DNA from: a virus
Taxonomy: Duplodnaviria; Caudoviricetes
IMG/VR virus record: IMGVR_UViG_3300013286_000627
Coordinates: 1-61,005 of that record
Length of the DNA: 61,005 nt
Direction: 5' to 3' (one strand)
Made by a program: the position numbers and the translations under genes
The notes under the pieces: model-generated
Databases searched by the model: none
The model's input: only the letters and a program-made list of their open reading frames with translations
Told to the model about the DNA's origin: nothing
Shown: positions 48,243-57,758 of the stretch, piece after piece
How the letters are laid out: every line of letters starts with the position of its first letter
Numbering within the stretch: the stretch's first letter is position 1

Positions 48243-48767
48243 ATGCACGATATTGTTGATGTAATTAAGAACCTACAAACGCTAGGCGAAAATAACACTG
48301 CATTTAAAGTACTCAAAGACTTCGAAAGAGTCCTAGATGAATTAGATGTCTATGTGTTTAAGAACTGGGAAGAAGGCGAATTAGTCGCTGGTCCAGATGT
48401 GTCTAGATATGGCGTTAAATGTACATTTATGTGGGACGAAAAAGAGATGCCTGATCCAGAAGGTGCAAAACGTTTGTACGATTATGGATGCCAAGTTGTC
48501 TATACTAAAGAGAATATTCTGATTCCTCGCAAGATTAAAGATCCTAGCGATTATCGTCCGGGAACAAAGAAGGGCAAGATTGATGCACATCCTATTTGGA
48601 CTGTGGAAATTACCATGCCAAAGAAATTGATGCAAGATGTCTATACAGGCAAAGAGAATCAAGAACACAACCAACATGCTGAAATGATGCGTCATCAAAA
48701 TATTGAAATGAGCGCAGACGAAGCAGCACAGGAGACACCACAAGATGCCGAACAACCAGCACAATAA
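48243..48767 (+). CDS. Hypothetical phage protein
   Basis: TATAAATA upstream; 174 aa. Confidence 0.8.
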   Translation: MHDIVDVIKNLQTLGENNTAFKVLKDFERVLDELDVYVFKNWEEGELVAGPDVSRYGVKCTFMWDEKEMPDPEGAKRLYDYGCQVVYTKENILIPRKIKDPSDYRPGTKKGKIDAHPIWTVEITMPKKLMQDVYTGKENQEHNQHAEMMRHQNIEMSADEAAQETPQDAEQPAQ

Positions 48768-48768
48768 T

Positions 48769-49503
48769 ATGATTACAGAAAGCCTACGATACGGTGACCT
48801 AAAAGAATATGTCAGCGATCTATTCACTGTAGATCAATACCGCAGCAAGATGGGCGAGGATGCCGATATTGTAGTATTAGGATTCCGTGTTAAAGAAAAG
48901 CACCCTGCTACTGACCTAGTAGAGTTTATCGAAAAAGGCTACAAGTTTATTCTAGATGCTGATATGAGTGCAGGCGAAGAAGCCGACGGACAATATCAAG
49001 TGTTTGTAGAAATGGAAAGAACTCCAGAACTACCTAGACAAATGAAAGACCTGTTGAACGGTGTTGGACATTTATGCGCCTGCAGAGATTGGCGATTCCG
49101 TTATCAGAAAAGTCCTAACAGTATAGAGTTTGACGAGTCTAGTGTTATGGAACATATTCCAACAACACCTGCAGAATACGCTGCCAAAATTACAGAAATT
49201 AAAAATGCAGATGTAAATGATTTCTTTGACCAGGGCGCTGTAGCAGTGGCATTAGAGTCCAACAATAACATTACATTTAGCCGCCCTTATTCAGGTGACA
49301 TCACTGCAAAATTTATTGCAATTGGTGATTATGAGAACGTTAAAAACACATTGCCAGGTGCATTGAGTTTAGATGAATCTAGTCAAAGTCAAGTATTGTT
49401 TCTAAACAAATATATTGGCAACTACGATATAAATAAAATTGGGAATAAGTTCCTAATTAGAAACGGGAAACGTGCAGTAGTCATCGAAAAAGATAGGTGG
49501 TAA
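48769..49503 (+). CDS. Hypothetical phage protein
   Basis: About 244-aa ORF. Confidence 0.8.
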   Translation: MITESLRYGDLKEYVSDLFTVDQYRSKMGEDADIVVLGFRVKEKHPATDLVEFIEKGYKFILDADMSAGEEADGQYQVFVEMERTPELPRQMKDLLNGVGHLCACRDWRFRYQKSPNSIEFDESSVMEHIPTTPAEYAAKITEIKNADVNDFFDQGAVAVALESNNNITFSRPYSGDITAKFIAIGDYENVKNTLPGALSLDESSQSQVLFLNKYIGNYDINKIGNKFLIRNGKRAVVIEKDRW

Positions 49504-49504
49504 T

Positions 49505-50014
49505 ATGTGGCAGATCCAATGGGCATTGAGTTTAATTCCGGATAGTGTTTTAATTTATATATATCATACTTTTATTCTCATAGGATTACTGTGCTACACA
49601 GGCAGTAAACTTGCCAGCAAGTTCCCATTTAAATACATCCCCATTCTAGGTCAGTATAGATTCATAAGTGAAATCGTTGGAGTTATTTTATTAACACTAG
49701 GTGCTTGGTGCATAGGCGGCTATGATGTTGAAATGGCATGGCGTGATAAGGTCAAACAAGTTGAGGCCAAAATAGAAACTGCCAAAGAAGAAAGTAAAGA
49801 AGCCAACGTTCAAATACAAACTAAAATTGTAAAACAAAAAGAAATTGTTCACGATGTTCAAATTCAGGTGCAGAAAGAGATCCAAGTAGTTGAAAAACAA
49901 ATCGATGCTGAATGTAAATTAGATCCTGTTGTTCCTACAATACACAACAAGGCTGCTAAAAATCCATTTAATCCTGTTTATCTAGATCCAAGAGATGCGG
50001 GAGGTAAACGATGA
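49505..50014 (+). CDS. Putative inner-membrane spanin
   Basis: N-terminal TM helices plus coiled coil; adjacent to a lipoprotein. Confidence 0.6.
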   Translation: MWQIQWALSLIPDSVLIYIYHTFILIGLLCYTGSKLASKFPFKYIPILGQYRFISEIVGVILLTLGAWCIGGYDVEMAWRDKVKQVEAKIETAKEESKEANVQIQTKIVKQKEIVHDVQIQVQKEIQVVEKQIDAECKLDPVVPTIHNKAAKNPFNPVYLDPRDAGGKR

Positions 50015-50289
50015 AAAAATTATTATTAGTATCATTATTGCTTCTTATGCTAGCAGGTTGTGAGAAGGATGAAATTCCTGTTGTAATACCGTTCCCGGAG
50101 GTGCCTGCTGATCTAATGATAGCATGTCCAGACCTAGGACAATTAGATCCTAGTTCAGAAAAGATTAGCGAACTGCTAACAGTGGTTACTAAAAATTACG
50201 GCGAATACTACGATTGTAAAGTTAAAGTAGATAACTGGATCGAATGGTATACAACACAAAAGAAAATTTTTGATAAGGTAGGACGATGA
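50011..50289 (+). CDS. Putative outer-membrane spanin lipoprotein
   Basis: LAGC lipobox; Pro-rich; two further Cys. Confidence 0.7.
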   Translation: MKKLLLVSLLLLMLAGCEKDEIPVVIPFPEVPADLMIACPDLGQLDPSSEKISELLTVVTKNYGEYYDCKVKVDNWIEWYTTQKKIFDKVGR

Positions 50290-50690
50290 AAAAATTACTT
50301 ACAGCTCTAGCAATAACCATGTTGTCGGGTTGCAGTGTATTAGATGCATATCTAATGACTCACTACGATCCTAACGAATACAGTTTAATTACCAGCATAC
50401 GAGCAGAAGCACAGCAGTTTAAAGCACAATGCGATGATGCTGTGGCCAGTAAAACCAATGCTGTTAAACTGGCAACTGATACACAATTGTTTGTCCTATA
50501 TAGCGAACACGTTCCGCGTAATGCCGAAGTTATCAGTGCCAGCAAAGACCTACATACCCTGGCACAGGGGCTTGTTGATCAGTATGCCAAGAACGATAAA
50601 GTAAGTCCAGGATTTTGTAAGATCAAATTTAACAATGTAGAAACAAGTGCAGACAAAATGCAACAGGTTATCGCAAGGAGACCACGATGA
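50286..50690 (+). CDS. Lipoprotein
   Basis: LSGC lipobox. Confidence 0.75.
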   Translation: MKKLLTALAITMLSGCSVLDAYLMTHYDPNEYSLITSIRAEAQQFKAQCDDAVASKTNAVKLATDTQLFVLYSEHVPRNAEVISASKDLHTLAQGLVDQYAKNDKVSPGFCKIKFNNVETSADKMQQVIARRPR

Positions 50691-50944
50691 GCGTAGAAAC
50701 ATTCCAAGGGCAACTAGGACAGGCTTTTACTAGCCCAGATCCTGCTATTCAACAGGCAGCTACAGAAGCCAATCAATATACAGAAATGTTTAAAGAAGGG
50801 CAACTTAACAAAGACGAGTATCAGCAGGCAATGGCAGATATCTCTACCAAGGCAAGAATTAATCAAAGTATGAACGATTTAGCCAGTTTAGAAATGTTAA
50901 ATACTGCTATAAACGGGTTAATAAACCTTGCAACATTAGTATAA
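50687..50944 (+). CDS. Hypothetical protein
   Basis: 85 aa; AGGAG SD. Confidence 0.7.
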   Translation: MSVETFQGQLGQAFTSPDPAIQQAATEANQYTEMFKEGQLNKDEYQQAMADISTKARINQSMNDLASLEMLNTAINGLINLATLV

Positions 50945-50953
50945 GGAAATTAC

Positions 50954-51577
50954 ATGTCAGATTTTATTTTATCAAGAGAGCAACTAGATCAACTACTACC
51001 AGGTAATCCATATTTGGATCATTGGTATCACGCACTAGAGCAAGCATTGCCAGACTATGATATCAATACACCTCAACGTGTCGCATCCTTTATGGCACAA
51101 TGCGCTCACGAGTCGGGTGGTTTTCGTGCGTTAAAAGAAAACTTAAACTATCGTGCTGTGACACTACGCAAAGTATTTCCTAAATATTTCCCTAATGATG
51201 AATTAGCAAATGCATATGCAGGCAAACAAGAAATGATTGCCAATCGTGTATACGGTGGACGCATGGGCAACGGTGACGAACATAGCGGCGACGGATATCG
51301 CTATTGCGGCCGTGGACTAATTCAATTGACAGGTAAGAGTAATTATCAATCATTTGCAGATAGTATCGAAACACCTATTGAAGACTTGCCAGAATACCTA
51401 GCAACATTTGAAGGTGCAGTTCAATCTGCCTGCTGGTTCTGGGAATCAAATAACCTAAACCAATTTGCCGATAAAGGTGATATTTTAACAATGACCAAAC
51501 GTATCAATGGTGGTACAATTGGACTTTCGGATCGAGAATCGCATTATAGCCATGCCCTTCATGTGTTAGGTGTATAA
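50954..51577 (+). CDS. GH19 (chitinase-like) endolysin
   Basis: FMAQCAHESG, ENLNY, GRGLIQLTG, TKRINGG. Confidence 0.92.
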   Translation: MSDFILSREQLDQLLPGNPYLDHWYHALEQALPDYDINTPQRVASFMAQCAHESGGFRALKENLNYRAVTLRKVFPKYFPNDELANAYAGKQEMIANRVYGGRMGNGDEHSGDGYRYCGRGLIQLTGKSNYQSFADSIETPIEDLPEYLATFEGAVQSACWFWESNNLNQFADKGDILTMTKRINGGTIGLSDRESHYSHALHVLGV

Positions 51578-51578
51578 T

Positions 51579-52163
51579 ATGTCGTTAATAGATTCAGTAT
51601 TGGGGTTAGTAAATAAAACTCCAAAAGATCCGGATGCGCCAAAGCCTCCAGTTGGTTCACGTTCAGAACGTGAAGCAAAGATCAAAGACAAAGCAGGTAT
51701 GGTTATTAATATCTTTGCTCTTTGTCTAGCAGTTAATTCTTGGTATGGCGGTAAATTAGGCAGCACAATATTAAACAATACTATCAAAGCCAACGATACT
51801 TATGGCTTTTATCAAGCTAAATCTATTAAACAAAGTCTAGCAGAACAAAACCTATACGAAGCACAGCATAACGGTGATAAGAAACGTGCCGAGGAAATGG
51901 CTGCTAAAATTGACAAATACGAAAACGAACCTAAAGATGGTAAAAAAGATTTGTTAGTAAAAGCTCGTGCATTAGAAGCAGAACGCGATGATGCTAAACA
52001 GCGTAGCCCATGGATTGGATATGCATCAACAGCATATCAACTGGCTATTGTATTGCTATCTGCAAGTATTTTAGCTGTTAGTATGCCCCTGTTTTGGGGT
52101 AGTTTTGTAGTAGCAGGATTGGGTTTATTATTAAGCCTACAGGGTGCATTACTCTGTTTCTAA
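51579..52163 (+). CDS. DUF4337-like membrane protein
   Basis: YQAKSIK, QLAIVLLS; three TM segments. Confidence 0.7.
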   Translation: MSLIDSVLGLVNKTPKDPDAPKPPVGSRSEREAKIKDKAGMVINIFALCLAVNSWYGGKLGSTILNNTIKANDTYGFYQAKSIKQSLAEQNLYEAQHNGDKKRAEEMAAKIDKYENEPKDGKKDLLVKARALEAERDDAKQRSPWIGYASTAYQLAIVLLSASILAVSMPLFWGSFVVAGLGLLLSLQGALLCF

Positions 52164-52196
52164 ATAAATAAAAGTACATTATAATTGGAGCAAGCA

Positions 52197-52706
52197 ATGG
52201 CAAACGAAGTAACAAGCGAACAGAAAAAAGAAGATTGGATGAATTCGAAATGGCGTCCAATGATGGGTTGGATGTACATGCTAATCTGTACAATGGACAT
52301 GGTAGTATTTCCAATCTTATGGAGCTTATTACAAGCCATGGTTCACGGTGCAGTTAACACACAATGGCAACCACTAACACTTCAAGGTGCTGGATTATTC
52401 CATATTGCAATGGGCGGTGTATTGGGATTAGCCGCATACGGCCGTACACAAGAAAAACTAGCAGGAGCAAATAATGGCGGAGCAACGACCCCAGCAACAG
52501 GATCACCGAGCGGAACAACAGCACCTAGCGCACCTTCGACAGGAGGCTTCGGCTCTACCGGCGGTTTTAGTTCACCAGCGCCAGCACCAGCCGCAAGTAG
52601 TTTTGGCGGAGGCGGCTTTGGAGGCACATCTTCAACAGGGCCAGCGGTTGTAGCAGGATTTGGCGGCAAGCCAGCGCCTGCTCCAGCAGCACAACCTGCA
52701 ATTTAA
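52197..52706 (+). CDS. Putative holin (3TM, GTA-type) with Gly/Ser/Pro tail
   Basis: KWRPMMGW...GLAAYGRTQEK. Confidence 0.7.
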   Translation: MANEVTSEQKKEDWMNSKWRPMMGWMYMLICTMDMVVFPILWSLLQAMVHGAVNTQWQPLTLQGAGLFHIAMGGVLGLAAYGRTQEKLAGANNGGATTPATGSPSGTTAPSAPSTGGFGSTGGFSSPAPAPAASSFGGGGFGGTSSTGPAVVAGFGGKPAPAPAAQPAI

Positions 52707-52717
52707 AGGAAATTAAA

Positions 52718-52924
52718 ATGAAAAAATTATTAGTAACACTATTGGCAACAGCATTTGTTGGACTGGCATTTGCCGAAGCAGAAAAGAAAGAAGTATGTCA
52801 TGACAAAATGGACAAAGCAGGCAAGCCTGTAATGGACAAGAAAACTGGCAAAGCAGCACAAGAATGCAAAATGATCAAAGTGCATAAAAAATTAGAGGGA
52901 ACAGAAGTTCCAGTTAAGAAATAA
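52718..52924 (+). CDS. Small secreted protein
   Basis: Signal peptide (AFA), Lys-rich, two Cys. Confidence 0.7.
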   Translation: MKKLLVTLLATAFVGLAFAEAEKKEVCHDKMDKAGKPVMDKKTGKAAQECKMIKVHKKLEGTEVPVKK

Positions 52925-52941
52925 AACTCTTTACATCTATC

Positions 52942-52975
52942 AAAAGGTATAGTATAATTTACTATACCTTTTTTC
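52942..52975 (+). terminator. 13-bp inverted repeat/terminator containing a -10 box
   Basis: AAAAGGTATAGTA-TAATT-TACTATACCTTTT; TTTACA-N17-TATAAT at 52930-52958. Confidence 0.7.
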
Positions 52976-52979
52976 AATT

Positions 52980-53807
52980 ATGGACCACTATTCAACATTA
53001 GGCGTAGATCGCGGCGCAAGCCCCGATGATATTAAACGTGCATACCGCAAGGCGGCGGCTCAACATCACCCAGACCGTGGAGGGGATACTGCCAAGTTCC
53101 AAGAAGTTCAGGCAGCATACGAGACTCTAAGCGATCCGGGCAAACGACAACAATACGACAATCCGCAACCACAATTTGGCGGTGGTGGATTCCACTTTGG
53201 AGGAGGTGTTCCTCCAGGCTTTGAAGATATCTTTAATGCCTTTGGTGGGGGACCATTTGGAGATATATTCGGTCGTAGGCAACAGCCACAACGTAACAGA
53301 ACTCTAAACATGCAGACTACCATTACATTGGAAGAAGCATTTAGCGGTAAAGATATGATGACCACAGTGGTATTGCCCAGTGGTCGTGAGCAACTACTGG
53401 ATATTAGAATTCCTGCAGGTATTAACGAAGGAACTACACTGCGACTATCCAGTCTAGGTGATGATACTATTCCAAATATACCACGCGGTGATATCCACCT
53501 CACTGTTCATGTTCAACCACATCCTGTATTCCAACGACAGGGTGATGATTTGGTCAAAACAGTAGATGTTAGTTGCATAGATGCTATGTTAGGAAAAACT
53601 ATTAACGTAGAAACTATCGACAAACGAATGTTAGAGATTGCTATCAAACCTGGAACACAGCCGGGTTCAACTCTAGCAGCCGCGGGTTATGGTATGCCCA
53701 ACGTCAATGACAATAGGTTCAAGGGTCGTATGCTGATACAGATCAATATAACAATCCCTACTGTAACGGATTACCAAGCAGATATTATCCGATCACTCTT
53801 TCCTTAA
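52980..53807 (+). CDS. dnaJ: DnaJ class B (CbpA-like) chaperone
   Basis: J domain HHPD, G/F region, C-terminal domain; no Zn finger. Confidence 0.92.
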   Translation: MDHYSTLGVDRGASPDDIKRAYRKAAAQHHPDRGGDTAKFQEVQAAYETLSDPGKRQQYDNPQPQFGGGGFHFGGGVPPGFEDIFNAFGGGPFGDIFGRRQQPQRNRTLNMQTTITLEEAFSGKDMMTTVVLPSGREQLLDIRIPAGINEGTTLRLSSLGDDTIPNIPRGDIHLTVHVQPHPVFQRQGDDLVKTVDVSCIDAMLGKTINVETIDKRMLEIAIKPGTQPGSTLAAAGYGMPNVNDNRFKGRMLIQINITIPTVTDYQADIIRSLFP

Positions 53808-53815
53808 ATATTAAT

Positions 53816-54316
53816 ATGTTAGATATAGTTAAATTCCCCTCCACTATACTTCGAGAAAAACTTCCAGAGTTTGATTTTGCAAATCCCACAATGGATCCAG
53901 TTGAACTAGAACGATCAATGATCGAAACCATGATGGCACACGACGGTATCGGGCTAGCTGCTAATCAAGTTGGCATAGCTGCTCGTATGTTTGTCATGGG
54001 ACACAGAGACAATCCAGAATCAGCACAGGCTTTCTTTAATCCAATTGTGGTCGCTAATGTAGATACCGTAGCAGATATGGAAGAAGGATGTTTGAGTTTC
54101 CCCGAGATTTATGTTACAATTAAACGTCCTATAAAGATACTAGCTCGCTGGCAGAACTCTAAAGGTGAATGGCAAGAAAGTGAATTTGATGGATATAACT
54201 GCAAGTGTTTTCTACATGAGTTAGATCATTTAGAAGGCATTGTATTCCAAGATCGTGTCAGCACTCTTAAATGGGCGCTGGCTGTCAAGAAAACCAAGAA
54301 AAGGAAATATCGGTAA
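53816..54316 (+). CDS. def: Peptide deformylase
   Basis: GIGLAANQ, EGCLS, HELDH. Confidence 0.95.
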   Translation: MLDIVKFPSTILREKLPEFDFANPTMDPVELERSMIETMMAHDGIGLAANQVGIAARMFVMGHRDNPESAQAFFNPIVVANVDTVADMEEGCLSFPEIYVTIKRPIKILARWQNSKGEWQESEFDGYNCKCFLHELDHLEGIVFQDRVSTLKWALAVKKTKKRKYR

Positions 54317-56589
54317 TGTTGGAACCAAATAAAGATCTAGAAGAAATCTTCGAGAAAGCTGTTCAAGTAGCAAGCGTAAATAGTCACGAATATGTTACAC
54401 TCGAGCATTTTTTATTCAGTATGTTGAACAATGATGCATTTTCAAAATTACTGACTGCATTTGGAACGGATGTAAAAGTCTTAAAAGATGAAGTAGAGAA
54501 TTATATCTCTAATGAACTAAAAGAAATTGTCAATCCCGATATCGAAAAACCCAAGAAGACTTCGGCTGTAGATAGAATGTTGAATCGTGCATTCACACAT
54601 GTTCTATTTGGTGGTCGACAGGTTATCGAACCCGCTGATTGTTTTATCAGTATGTTTGCAGAAAAGAAAAGCCATGCACATTTCTTTGTTCGCAAGGCCA
54701 ATATTGATAAAGATCAGTTTATCAACTTCATCAAGAAGGATACTGTAAAGGATGAAGAACTTACCGACGAAGGCATGACTCGTCAACAGGCACAATTAGA
54801 AAAGATGATTGTGCAGTTCTGCACAAACCTCACTACTAAAGCCAAGAACAAGAAAATTGATCCTGTCATCGGTCGTGAAAAAGAGATCGAGGACATTCAG
54901 TTGGTATTGGCACGCCGTACCAAAGCCAATGCTATTATGATCGGTGATCCGGGTGTGGGTAAGACTGCTATTGCAGAAGGACTAGCACGTAAGATTGTAG
55001 AAGGCAATGTTCCAAAGTTCATCCAAGACCATACAGTTTATAGCCTAGACATTAGTGCTATGCTGGCTGGTAGCAAGTATCGCGGTGACTTTGAAGAACG
55101 TCTGAAGTCTGTTATTGGTGCTATTGAAAAACGCGGCAAATGTATCCTGTTCATTGACGAAGCACACATGATGAATGGTGCAGGTGCTAGCAGTGGTGGC
55201 AGTAATGACATGGCCAATATGCTAAAATCAGCATTAGGCAAGGGTACAATCAAAGTTGTAGCAAGCACTACATGGGATGAATACCGTAAACACTTCGAAA
55301 AGGATCGTGCCCTAATGCGCCGATTCCAACGTGTTACTATTGATGAGCCAGATGAGGCTACTGCTATTAAGATTATCAAAGGTCTTAAAAAGTATTACGA
55401 AAAGCATCATAATGTTAAGATCACTAATCAAGCTGTTATTGACAGCGTCAAGTATAGTGTCAAGTATATGACTGATAAAAAGTTGCCCGATAAGGCAATT
55501 GACTTGATTGACTGCGCCTGCGCTCGCTTTAAGATCAAAGACGAAGACGGTGGTGTTGTTGATCACGAAGAAATCTTATTTGAAGTCAGCAAGATTGCAA
55601 ACTTGCCAGTAGAACAGGTCAGCAACAAAGAAAATGCTAACCTAGCTACGCTGGAAAAGAACATGAAGGCCAAAGTGTATGGGCAAGAAAAAGCCATTGA
55701 TACATTGTTGGACAAAGTGTTTATTGCACAGGCAGGATTGAAGTCACCTAATAAACCAATTGGTAGTTTCTTATTTGTTGGTCCAACAGGTGTAGGTAAG
55801 ACAGAAGCCGCTAAACAATTGGCTGCTAACTTAAACACCAAATTGATCCGCTTTGATATGAGCGAATTCCAAGAAAAGCATAGTGTTGCCAAGTTTATCG
55901 GTGCACCTCCGGGCTATATCGGATTTGATGACAATGCAGGTCAGTTGATTACCAGCTTGCAGGAAAATCCAACCTGCGTATTGTTGTTGGATGAAGTGGA
56001 AAAAGCTCACCCAGACGTGCTGACTGTTATGTTGCAGTTGATGGACAATGGCTTTATCACTGGATCTAATGGTAAGAAAGCCGATGGTCGCAATGCTATT
56101 ATCATCATGACCAGCAATTTAGGTGCTAGCGATGCCGAAAAGAACAGTGTGGGCTTTGGTAGTTTAGAACGTGATAGTGATCCCAAAGATGCTGTCAACA
56201 AGTTCTTTGCACCAGAATTCCGCAATCGTTTAGATGGTATGATCCGCTTTGGTAAGTTGGACCATGTTACTATGGTTAAAGTTGTTAAGAAGTTTATCGA
56301 CGAATTAAACGCATTGGTAAAAGACAAGAACATCCATATCAAGCCAAGTGTAGAAGCTGTTGAGTATTTAATTGCCAAGGGCTTTGATGCTAAAATGGGT
56401 GCTCGTCCGTTGCAACGCACTATCGATGAAATGATCAAGAAGCCCATGAGTAAGGAAATCTTGTTTGGACAGTTGGTCAATGGCGGTGTAGTGGAAGTAA
56501 CTGTAGAAGAAGATAAATTAAAACTCAACATTGTTGATATCCTACCAGTAAAGGTTAAAAATGAACCTGCTCAAACAGAAGACCAGTAA
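54316..56589 (+). CDS. clpA: ClpA-type Clp protease ATPase subunit
   Basis: Clp N domain; two AAA+ modules ([16 protein letters not shown]); VGF ClpP-docking loop; no middle domain. Confidence 0.93.
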   Translation: MLEPNKDLEEIFEKAVQVASVNSHEYVTLEHFLFSMLNNDAFSKLLTAFGTDVKVLKDEVENYISNELKEIVNPDIEKPKKTSAVDRMLNRAFTHVLFGGRQVIEPADCFISMFAEKKSHAHFFVRKANIDKDQFINFIKKDTVKDEELTDEGMTRQQAQLEKMIVQFCTNLTTKAKNKKIDPVIGREKEIEDIQLVLARRTKANAIMIGDPGVGKTAIAEGLARKIVEGNVPKFIQDHTVYSLDISAMLAGSKYRGDFEERLKSVIGAIEKRGKCILFIDEAHMMNGAGASSGGSNDMANMLKSALGKGTIKVVASTTWDEYRKHFEKDRALMRRFQRVTIDEPDEATAIKIIKGLKKYYEKHHNVKITNQAVIDSVKYSVKYMTDKKLPDKAIDLIDCACARFKIKDEDGGVVDHEEILFEVSKIANLPVEQVSNKENANLATLEKNMKAKVYGQEKAIDTLLDKVFIAQAGLKSPNKPIGSFLFVGPTGVGKTEAAKQLAANLNTKLIRFDMSEFQEKHSVAKFIGAPPGYIGFDDNAGQLITSLQENPTCVLLLDEVEKAHPDVLTVMLQLMDNGFITGSNGKKADGRNAIIIMTSNLGASDAEKNSVGFGSLERDSDPKDAVNKFFAPEFRNRLDGMIRFGKLDHVTMVKVVKKFIDELNALVKDKNIHIKPSVEAVEYLIAKGFDAKMGARPLQRTIDEMIKKPMSKEILFGQLVNGGVVEVTVEEDKLKLNIVDILPVKVKNEPAQTEDQ

Positions 56590-57247
56590 GCTCTACTACG
56601 GTAAGTGGCCTTATAAAATTGCCTGTTACCTGCCCAAGAGCTGTATGATTGTTAGGATCGGTCCCTCCAAGTTTCGCACCTGGATCGACGCTACTGACAA
56701 TTACAGACACTGGAGTGCAAATCAAAATATAACTAACGAGATGAAGGAAAGTCTCGTTAGATTTATGGATCATGTAGAACCTTTCCTAGAAAAGGATATA
56801 CAGATTAGGGCAGAAGGTTCGCATTTTAATATATTCTGCCGTGATACACTGTTGCGGGATCGGATGATAAAAGCTCTAAACGAGTGGATTACTGATGTAT
56901 ATGGGCCGGAAAGTGACGAAGAACTGGCCTTTATGATGTCGAATAGTAGCAAAAAAGTAGTCTGCAATAAACTACCCTACGAACAGTATAGATATAAAGT
57001 CTATTTAAAATCATCTATGCCCATGGACAGCAGAAATCAGTTCCTGTCTTGGGTATTAAAATATCCCGATACAACTCGTGTATCTGACACCAGTCAATAT
57101 TGGTTAAACAGTAGGAAGTTTTGGATGCAATCACCTTTTATGTATGTAGAAGATGATAAAACTTTGGCCATGATTGGACTGTTTCTAGGCCACAACATTA
57201 AAAAAGTCGAAGAATTTATCCTGCGTTCCAGTATAAGTTCTGCATAG
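56561..57247 (+). CDS. Hypothetical protein
   Basis: 228-aa ORF. Confidence 0.75.
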   Translation: MNLLKQKTSKLYYGKWPYKIACYLPKSCMIVRIGPSKFRTWIDATDNYRHWSANQNITNEMKESLVRFMDHVEPFLEKDIQIRAEGSHFNIFCRDTLLRDRMIKALNEWITDVYGPESDEELAFMMSNSSKKVVCNKLPYEQYRYKVYLKSSMPMDSRNQFLSWVLKYPDTTRVSDTSQYWLNSRKFWMQSPFMYVEDDKTLAMIGLFLGHNIKKVEEFILRSSISSA

Positions 57248-57281
57248 TTTATAACTTAATGGATGGCATAAATACTAAATT

Positions 57282-57749
57282 ATGCCAGCATTAAGTCAAA
57301 ACTTCACATTTACAGTCAATTCTACATCGACTGTTCAAATAGCCTACCCTGTCAATACAGCAACAGGCGCATTAGTCTACACAAGTAACAACCTAAAAGG
57401 GGATGGTTACTTCAGCAACAGCGATGGCTTCCATACTGTTCAAGTCAACCTAACAGAATTCACAGGTGCTGTAGATATCTACGGCACACTTGCAACTGAA
57501 CCTACAGAAGGTGACTGGATTTCAATTCCGTTAGAAGCACCTGGTTCGTTGGCATCAAACAGATATGTAATGGATACTACTGGACTTATTAGTCTAGCTG
57601 GATCTTCGCCAACATCAAATATAAACTATTCAATAACAGCCACTACAATCTCGAGCACTTTTAACTTCGTGGGCAACTATGTTTGGTTAAGAGCAAAGAT
57701 TAGTAATTGGACCGGCGGTGCTGTTACAAGTATAGAACTAAATCGTTAA
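57282..57749 (+). CDS. Putative virion beta-sandwich protein
   Basis: KGDGYF, GNYVWLRA; TAAATA upstream. Confidence 0.65.
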   Translation: MPALSQNFTFTVNSTSTVQIAYPVNTATGALVYTSNNLKGDGYFSNSDGFHTVQVNLTEFTGAVDIYGTLATEPTEGDWISIPLEAPGSLASNRYVMDTTGLISLAGSSPTSNINYSITATTISSTFNFVGNYVWLRAKISNWTGGAVTSIELNR

Positions 57750-57758
57750 GGGATAGGC

